Assembly (NCBI GenBank): GCA_038496445.1
Contig: JALMLS010000355.1
Span: 1 to 64,000 of the forward strand
Direction: 5' to 3'
Source of the DNA: Trichosphaerium sp. ATCC 40318
Lineage: Eukaryota > Protista > Tubulinea
Length of the DNA stretch: 64,000 nt
Below the pieces are notes generated by a model that was not told the DNA's origin, did no database searches, and saw nothing but the letters and a program-made list of their open reading frames with translations. This document shows, one piece after another, positions 54,909-64,000 of this stretch (position 1 is its first letter; each line of letters starts with the position of its first letter). The position numbers and the translations under genes are program-made.

Positions 54909-55748
54909 TTTTATTTCCTCGCAAGAAGTGTTTGTACATTAGTATTAAATAATGTTTTAAAAAGGTATTCCTGTACGTCAATTTAGTGAAAAATCAATAT
55001 TTGCTAAAAAAGCATCGTTAAAAAAGACTTTAATACGATAAGTCTGAGGTAGTATAAGGTTCATAACAAATGGGCCACTGAAATGTCAATATAAGGGGTT
55101 GTGTTTATAGATTCAAATAAATTGTAAAGTATTGTAGAATTTAGCGAAAGCAAACACAAAACTTTTTATCAAATTTATTTCAGTTAAAATTAGTACATTG
55201 TAATGCACAAAGCACTGAAGCTGTAATGGTTCGTTTTTTTATTATAACGATTGCTGACAATGTTGCATGTAGAAACAAAGCAAGAGAGGTAGTATAAACA
55301 TTGTATTCAGAACCAAAGAGCGAGATCGGTATTATGAGAGCTCAAATACATGTTTAACTGTTAAATCGGATGTATACATTCATTATAAAGCAATGAGAGG
55401 CGAATATATTAATACTTTGTCGAATCTATCACCAACGGACTCAAACTCCGGCACAGATTTAACAGACGCGAAAAGACACGCTTTTATACAACAATTCGGA
55501 AAATGGGTGGAGTACAAGCTTAAGAAGTCAGGATACCTTAAAGACAGCGCAATGTACGGGAAGACAACCTTGCTGATGTACTCAACTGATTTTGTTCGTT
55601 TTAAAGGTGTTTGTATAAAGCAACATGGAATGACAACAACCTGAAAAGAAGCCATCAGGTTTATTGTAAGAGAAATGGTCCTTATGTAAGACATGCTCTT
55701 GTTAAATTACGTGTGCTTGGGAACTATAAAGTACCACACTTTGTTATC

Positions 55749-58739
55749 ATGGCGACACGTAATCCTGAGTTATTGTAAGTGATTTATTGACCTGGTAGTC
55801 ATGAGCCAAATATCTTGGTTTTTTCCTTTCTTTTCGGAGTTTGTTTAATAGCTTGGTAGGTTCTGTACAGAAACCTTATTCGAGCGCCTTTCCGCTAGTT
55901 GGGTATTGTCGAAGAGAAAAATAAGGGTTGGTGATGAATACTGGATTGTCATAGACTATGTTGCTCTTAGTACAACCTCTTATTTTCTTATTTTTTTCTT
56001 ATTTTGATGGTAGTTTTGATACAAGCTTTGGGACTTCGTAATACTCCTAGAATACAGTTCCCAGTAAAAAATATAACATTAGAGGTAATAGAAAGAGTAG
56101 CAGTTGTTTTTTAAGATGGATTTACAGGCAAGCTTTGGTAGAAAGTATAAGGTAGTAGCTCCCCAATTTAGTTGTAGAAGACGTCTTAACTTTGTTACTC
56201 AAGAATATGTACGCCGCACTCCTTTTGGTCTTTTTCAGATCTTATTACTACCTATTAGAGTAACTATGGATATGCTCCATATGTACCAAGTATCCTACCG
56301 CATCTTAAGGTGTCTGAGAAGAATGAACGTATTGCTGTACTCACAAAATGTGCAAAAGGCAACTCCTATCGAAAGTACGAGCGTTTGGCTGATAGCATGA
56401 AGGTCCAAAAAGGCCGTTTTGCTGGATTGTATCCTTTGAATTACGCTAACAACGATTAAGAACCCTTTTACTTGTTCCCTTAACGTTTTCAAAAGAACAA
56501 TTACACAAGCACGTGAACAAGCATTTTCTTTGGTGAAAGATCCAAATATTCCTGAGTTTTATTGTACGCCTATGTCATTACAATCGGCCGACTTAAATCC
56601 CTCTAGTGCCAATTGTTGCTGAAAATGATCAGTTTATGCTTAATACTGAAGGACCTTGTGTTGCATTGGAAGATGAAAGTTTGAAGAACAAAGCTAAAAA
56701 GTACCGCAACTTGAGTTTCTTGTTACATGCCATCATTTAACTCATGTTTGCTTTAGGTTCATTGATGAGCGTACTATTCATGCTAAACACAAAAGAACAT
56801 TGAACAAACAGGTTGACTTGATATGCAATGCGTCGTTAGAAGCCGTTCTACAAAGCTCTTTTCAATGCTTTATTACCCCAATGATGAAAGCACTTTCGAA
56901 GAGTATAACTGTTGACGCTATACAACAACTTTCCGTTGATATAATTGATGCAATTATATTTGATGATGTAGTTACATTACAACCAGATTCCCTGCTAAAC
57001 CCAAGCGACATACAAGCTATGAAGCACGCTATCAAAAGGCATGTTCTATTTTGGTTTTTTTTTTGGGCTTGTTAACATTCTCTTAGTTGTCTTCCTGTAC
57101 ATGTAGCTTTTAGCAATTATGGATCACGCACAAAACTTCCATGATGCTTGTTCAGTTGATGTTGCATATTGCAATACTACCAGAAGTAAGCGTTTGTAGT
57201 ATTTACAAAAATAACACATTGAAAAGGAATTCTTGCCAAAACAGCTAAATCTTACTATTGAACAAGAAACATTTCCTCCCAGGGAACCGAAATATGAACA
57301 ATATTGGCGTTGGGAAATGGGTATGCGAAAGGTGAGGCTATTGTTTTAATCTGATTGTTATTTATTTAACTAGTCAGAGTATAATTGGTATATATGTCAA
57401 CAAGTTCAACGGAAGACTGTTGCAGTCAAAACAAAGTATAAAATGATAAATAGCATGGCTTGTGAGGAAAGAGAGGTACTGACTGCTATAACAGAGGATT
57501 CTCATTTTAATGTTTATAGCCATGTTGTTGGTATGAAATACACTATGAAGAATTGATGAACAACTTTATACATGAAGCTGAAATTGCTTATGAGTTGTGC
57601 GTGTTTCTTCTTTGTTTGTATTTTTTTTTCTGTTATTTTAGTTTGACTTTGTTAGGATGAATTTCTGTATGAAGAATATTATCCTAGGTTCAATGATGCG
57701 TGTATGGAAGGTATATATGCATTTACTAAGATTCAAAGGGAAACTACCTCTAAAAAGGTATACAGGCGGAACACTCTTAAAAATGTTTTAGCGCCCTCAC
57801 TTAACCTGTTGTAGATTTAAGGAACGATTTACCAACGTCATGCTAGATCTTGCAAAACCACTAATGTATAAGTTTGATAAAGAATCTGTAACAAAGTGGC
57901 CAACAAGAGGAGAAACAAATATGAGACTTATGATGGAGCACAAACGCATATTCTTTATTTTTCGCCAACATGCAAGACAAAAAAGACGTAACAATGTTAT
58001 TAGTACAAGGCTTCATTGGCCAATACATAGTTGGCATAATGATTGTCTTAATTCTTTGAGAAGATTGACTTCTGTACGTTCATTATGTAAGAAGAATTAA
58101 AACGTTAATAGTTACTTTAGAAACTTGGAAGAAAACCATCGAATTTAGAAATATCTAAAGCTCTGCTTCCTAAATACGCTAGTAAAGAAATAAGGTGGAC
58201 AATTTTGGCTGGGATTATGCTCTCAAATACAACGTATGGAACAAAACCACTTGTTCATCAACCTAATACGAAGCTATGTATCATTGAGAATATGCCTGTA
58301 AGTACTGGTTGTTTTGACCAGAAGGAAACTGTTAGTGTTCAACTTTTCTCGCTCACGTTTTTGTAATAGGTTGAAGTCCTTGTTGCTATCTTCTGTGGTG
58401 CTCCAGCTGACTATGTCAGTATTGGTTTTACTTGCCGGTTTTGGTACGAGATTGTAAACACTTACTTGGGATCTATTTTATTCCGTGATACTTGCTCTTC
58501 GGATATGATTAAGGGATACAAGTATTTGTGGCAAGATGTATCATGTGCTCTTCAATGGGCTTTTAAAATCCCTGTTCTTGTAGATGCAGATAACACCTGT
58601 GATACCATATCCTTTCCTGAAGTGATTTATGAAACAAAATGAATCACTCAACTGTACCTTTTACTTAAACAATTCAAACATGTCTACCCTTGTTAGAAAA
58701 GCTGAAAAGCTAAGTGCTACCTGGCATTGGCAATCGTAA
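55749..58739 (+). CDS. Orphan multi-exon protein with C-terminal F-box-like motif; contains U12-type intron(s)
   Basis: Frame-consistent exon chain with one junction near 57040-57110 unresolved; IIENMP|VEVLVAIFCG..IGFTCRFWYEIV. Ends at 58642 if the AT-AC intron is not spliced. Confidence 0.6.
56429..56495 (+). other. U12-type (minor spliceosome) GT-AG intron
   Basis: 5'SS GTATCCTTT; branch site TTCCCTTAAC at 56475-56484; AG at 56494-95. Splicing restores GGA TT|A ACA ATT. Confidence 0.85.
58607..58679 (+). other. Candidate U12-type AT-AC intron
   Basis: 5'SS ATATCCTTT; branch-like TTACTTAAAC at 58661-70; AC at 58678-79; in-frame terminal exon MSTLVRKAEKLSATWHWQS*. Confidence 0.5.
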
Positions 58740-58996
58740 TCTGTATTGTTTGTTAAAGTTGAGGGGCGGTAATCGAAATTAAACTGCGATAAGTTCAAAA
58801 ACTATCTGTAATGTTAGCACATTTTTTACACTTATCCTTTGGTATGTTAATACTGTCTGTTGTAAAACTCTGCACTTTGTGGAAATATAATGTAACACGT
58901 GGTAGTAATTTGTGTGGCGTGGGTTACATTTGGGTAGAAAGTTTTTCCGGAGAAATTCAATCAATCTATTCATTCAATTCACTCGCAATTGTGGCA

Positions 58997-61900
58997 ATGT
59001 ATCGTATTATCCTGTTGGTTTTAATTACGTTGTTCTGCGCTTGTTGCGGTCAAAAAACAATTAAAATATCAGCTGTATTATCTTTAACAGGAGAACCTGG
59101 TTCAATTCCAGTGTATGTAGACAACCGACTACGCATTGGGATGGAGTACGACTTTTTTTAATACTTTTACTTTTGGTAGTGACAAAATTAACGCTTTATT
59201 CCTTGTAATAGGCTCTACGTGGAACGTATTAACAGTCTTGGCTATATTAAAGTTGGTGGAGATAACTACACTGTTGAACTGAATATAATTGATGGAGAGG
59301 ATAATACAGCAAAAATTGTGGACCATTACGAGCAGTTGTGCCAACAGATCAAAAGCGTCAATGGCACAGAGAATCACTTTTTGGTTACTTCTAATGCGCC
59401 TCAACACTCTGTATTCGTCTCTAATGCACTAGAAATCCTTGAATGCCCATCAATAAACGCTGGATCCGAAATAGAAATTATTTGGCGTGGATTCTCTGGA
59501 CAGCATAATCTTACAATTCCTTTGGGTCTGTCGCCAACAAAGTACGTAATACCGCACTTTGGTGTTTTATTAATTGTTTTGTTGAATTTAAGGGCTTTCA
59601 GCACTATGCTTCCTTTTTTGCGTATTCAACGGATGAAAAAAGCTGTTCTTGTTTGCGAAAAAATACATGCTCTTATTGAGAGCTCAAATTGTGACGCACG
59701 TGATTTTTTTTGTGTCCAAACTTGGTTCTTTTTATTTTCTCATTTTCTGAACAAACTGCAACTTTTTTTTTTTAACTCGCTGTTTTTAGACGCTTGTGAA
59801 GGACTTGCCACGTTTATACGGTTTGGAAGAAACTGCAAGATATAGTGTTACAGATGGAGTTGTATCAGCCCTGCCCGAATTTCTAGATCCAGAGAGAGTA
59901 GCAAACTGGACAGCGACTGCAGATCTCATTTACCAGGTAATCTCCATTCTTTTGTTGTTAAACACGAAGTGAGTGACATTGTTTTAAGAATCACAAGGAT
60001 GCTGATGTTATATTTTTTGGCTCTCCTGGTGTAACTCCGCTATTTCTTTTGCGGAGGTTCATTGAGATTGGATGGTTTCCAAAACTTTTTGTGGGTGCTT
60101 CTGCAGATGGTTTTTATAGCGAATTTGAAGGTACGTACAACTTGTCCTCAATATTGTCTAACATATTAGCTCTTCTTGAGATTGTCCCATTGAAATACCT
60201 TAACCTTTTAAGTGGTTTGACAAGAGTAAGTGTTATCAAGGTATAAGTATTCGACTCACTTTTGTTAGTTTGTTACATCTTCAAGGTTTAGTAAAGATGA
60301 ATACACTGGATACGATCTTGCTGATTTTATGAAAGCGTACAAGGACAAAACAAACGAAACATTAGCTATAGCTGCCCCTATAATGGGGTTTCTGGCACCA
60401 ATGATGTGGGTTGAATCTATAAAGGTACAACAGCGTACGTATACTTCGCAACCTAATTCTTGAATAGAAAGCCGAAACTCTTGACCACATGAAAGTATTC
60501 AGCGCTCTTCGTACATCAGAGTTCGATACATTCAATGGTCAATACTCGTGGGATCCAGGTAACTGATTCTGTTTGTTAGTAAATAATATTTATGTCTATC
60601 AGAGGATAATTCTAATCGATGGGATCCGTACTACATTCAAGTTCAAATCCCAAATGGTTCTGATAATGCCACGGATGCTCTAAAAGTTCTAGCTCCTCTT
60701 GGTGCCACAACAAACTCTGAACTTGTCTATCCAATACCTCAACCCCACGAACGTTTTGTCACTGTCGAGTTTGGTGCGCACCAGGGAATTATGAAAGTTA
60801 TCTAACATAACTCAGGACGTGCCAGTGAAATCATAATGAGTGTACTCACTATCATTGCGGTTCTTATAACATTTGCGTTTTGTGTGTTTGTGGGAATGGC
60901 AAGAAACCATAGAGTTGTGAGAGGATCGTCTGTCAACTTTTTACTATTGGTCGCTTTTGGAGCTATTTTAATGCTTTGTACAAACTTTGTTTGGTTTCCA
61001 TCACAATGGACAACATTCACATGTCATTTGGCATTCTATACATTTAATATTGGCTTCTCCATCATGTTTGGGTACTAGAACCTTTAGCGACTTTTTATTC
61101 ACTGATATTACAGTTTTTGGTTATCGCATTTTGACTAACTTCTTTGTACTTAGATCACTGTTTGCAAAGTCTTTGCGTGTTGTAATGATCATGCGACAAG
61201 CGGACAAGCTGAAAGTTATAATTGTGTCTGATGCACATGTATTTTTCTACGTATTACTATTTGTTGGAGTTGACTTGGTACTATGTTTTTTTGCTGGTTA
61301 ACTGTTTTACATTATTTTCTCACATCAACAAGGTACTTTTAGTATTGTATTCAATATTAGCGAATCCACAGAGTGTATTGAACTACCCTGATCCTTATCG
61401 TTTGGATATGGCGTACAAAACATGTGTTACAAAGAATGAAACAACAAACACAGTTTTTATTGCACTCTTCGCTTCTTACAAGGTAATGCTCCAATTGCGC
61501 TTGTTATTATGTACTCATACTTTCTATGTAGTGCTTGTTGATGTTGGTTGGCATTTACACTGGATGGGAAGTACACTACATCAAATACAAACACTTGAAT
61601 GAGAGCAAAGTGATTGCATTCGCATTGTACAATGTGATATTCTTTGCTGTCTTGGGTTTTGGATTCTCATACGCTCTCAATGATGACAGTAATGAAACAA
61701 CAAGATATGGCCTTTATGCTTTAAGATCGTTGTCAGTGATACTCGCTGCAGGTACGTAATACCTATCAAGGAACAGAAATAAGTTCTTACTCTTTTTTTA
61801 GGACTAACAATTGTTGCTTTGTTTCTTCAAAAGATTCTCCTCATCAAGGGTCTGCTGGAAGATTCTTCTTCTCCGAGTTCCTCAGGAACAGCATCTGATC

Positions 61901-62055
61901 CTCAATTGGAAATTCCTGATATTGATTCAATGACATCTAGAGCGAATTCAGAATGGGAGAAAAGATACCTTGAAGAGAAGAATAAAACTGCAAAACTGAG
62001 AAAACGAGTTGCAAAATTAAAAGCAAAAGTGATCGAATTAGAAAATCAGAAGTAA
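58997..62055 (+). CDS. Class C (GABA-B/Grl-like) GPCR, copy 1
   Basis: Signal peptide; periplasmic-binding-type ectodomain (IKISAVLSLTG, INSLGYIKVGG, FDTFNG); 7tm_3 motifs (VRGSSVNFLLLVAFG, GFSIMFG|SLFAKSLRV, LNESKVIAFALYNV); C-terminal coiled coil. Confidence 0.9.
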
Positions 62056-62536
62056 TCTAAACCTGTTGTAAATAAACAAAAGTACATGTATATACGAACA
62101 AATAAATTACCGTAACATAAACAAGAACAACATAACCAACATGAAGTTACCTCCATTCAACAACTCATCCAAAAATTATAAGTAATATTATCTTATTCTC
62201 GAGATTATTCTACAGTTCTTTTGGTTTTCTTTTGCGGGATACTACACCATTCTCCGTAGTTAAATTTCAAAAAGAACATAGTATTCTTATCATATTCTTT
62301 GATAGGCACTTGTTTTCAGGTAGGTTCGAAGTACAAGCAGTTTTTGCTCCCAAAAAACATTGATGTTTCACGCTAAAGTACCTATTTTGGATGTTATTTT
62401 TTTGACCCAAACTCCGCCATACTTAAGAAGAATAAAAAGAGCACGTGAAGAAAACTACATACACGTGAAGTAACGAGAAAAGTTTTCCGGCGATATTCAA
62501 GCAATCTATTCAATACAATCATTTGCGTTTTTGGTA

Positions 62537-64000
62537 ATGTACCGTATTGTTATAATAGCGCTTGCAGCGTACCTCTACACTTGTTGCGGTCAAAAAACAA
62601 TTAAAATATCAGCTGTATTATCTTTAACAGGAGAACCGGACTCAATTTCAGTATTAATTGACAACCAGCTACGAATTGGAATGGAGTACGCAGTTTTAAG
62701 TAGTTTATTTTCGAAAGAAACCAATAACGCTTATTCGCTCATGAAAGGCTCTACGTGGAACGTGTTAACAGTCTTGGCTATATTAAAGTCGGTGGAGATA
62801 ACTACACTGTTGAACTGAATATAATTGATGGAGAGGATAATACAACAAAAACTGTGGGCCATTACATAGATCTGTGCCAACAGATCAAAACTGGCACAGA
62901 GAATCACTTTTTGGTTACTTCGCTTGTACCTCAACACTCTTTAAACGCCTCTATTGCATTAGAACGCCTAAAATGTCCGTCAATAAGTGCAGGGTCTGAA
63001 ATAGATATCACGTGGCTTGGAACTAAACAAACAAAGCACAATATGACAATTCCTTTAGGGCTATCTCCTACGCGGTTCGTAGTGTTTTATAGTATTTGTA
63101 AGAGCTAATTATTGTTTTGTTGAATTTAAGGGCTTTCAGCACTATGCTTCCTTTTTTGCGTATTCAACGGATGAAAAAAGCTGTTCTTGTTTGCGACAAG
63201 TTAAGCCCACTTGCAGAAAACTCAAATTGTGACGCACGTGATTTTTTAATCAAAACTTTTTGAAATTCTCTTTTTTTTTTTGAATGAAATGGAACTTATT
63301 CGTTAGAAATTCTTATTCGTTTAGGCACTTATGGACGAGTTGCCACGTATATATAATGTGCAACCTACGAGATACGAGGTTTTACCAGGGCTTGTATCGC
63401 CTACGCTTGGGTTAATGGATCCACAGAGAGTGGCGAACTGGTCAGCGACTGCAAGCATTATTTATCAGGTAAAGTGTATATTGATTTTTTGATTATGTTG
63501 ATTTTGTTTCTTTTAGAACAATCAAGATGCTGATGTTTTATTTTTTGGGTCTCCCGGTATATCACCTGTATTTATTATACGAAGATTTGTAGATCTTGGA
63601 TGGTTTCCTAAACTCATTGTGGGTGCTTCTGCTGATGGTTTTTACAGCGACCTTGGAGGTACTATTATTTTTTTGTGCGTCTTGATGTCTAACATTCAAT
63701 ATTATAGATCTTTCTAACATTGTCCCACTGAGATATATGAACCTTATAACCGGGTTGACTAGAGTACGTTTAAAGGATGTATCAGATTTACGGTTAACAA
63801 CTTTTAGTTCGTAAGAACTTCAAGGTTTAGCAAAGATAAGTACACTGGATACGATCTTGCAGCTTTCATGGAAGCATACAAGAATAAAACAAATACAGAA
63901 TTGCCTCTCGCTGCTCCTATAGCGGGCTTTCTATCATCAATGATGTGGGTTGAATCTATAAAAGTACAAATATCGTCGATAGTACTCCAGTAAACTAATG
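62537..64000 (+). CDS. Class C GPCR, tandem copy 2 (5' part; truncated by window end)
   Basis: Exon-for-exon paralog of copy 1 with the same intron positions. Confidence 0.88.

Noticed and set aside
55393-55644. 83-aa ORF upstream of the orphan F-box gene
   Set aside because: No motif and no clear splice link to neighbouring exons.

Overview
AT-rich (about 35% GC by eye), compact eukaryotic nuclear DNA using the standard genetic code. It has roughly 200 short (mostly 40-100 nt) spliceosomal introns, so the six-frame ORFs are mostly exon fragments; I assembled the gene models by hand. Gene content (Grl/GABA-B-like class C GPCRs, an ABP34-type actin bundler, 'DWY..YP..W' repeat proteins) fits a free-living amoeboid protist, probably Amoebozoa (inference). 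There are about 28 genes: seven F-box proteins (LRR, 2x MORN, ankyrin, 2x START, one C-terminal F-box), two BTB adaptors, an atypical N-acylated Rab-like GTPase, a PPR protein, two tandem-repeat proteins (one fused to a PD-(D/E)XK nuclease domain), two CYP450s, three PB1-domain paralogs, a PA-7TM protein, a tocopherol-cyclase-like protein, subtilisin, GDPD, ELO, RWDD2, an ABP34-like protein and two GPCRs. The most notable signals are: (1) an exon-modular tandem-repeat + nuclease protein head-to-head with a PPR gene, plus a nuclease-less paralog; (2) about 10-fold excess of the palindrome CACGTG together with many GC-AG introns whose donors read GCACG; (3) minor-spliceosome (U12) introns; (4) a Rab-like GTPase with an MGCC N-terminus, no prenylation motif and a catalytic Q-to-H change. 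No databases were searched; family calls are from motif recognition.
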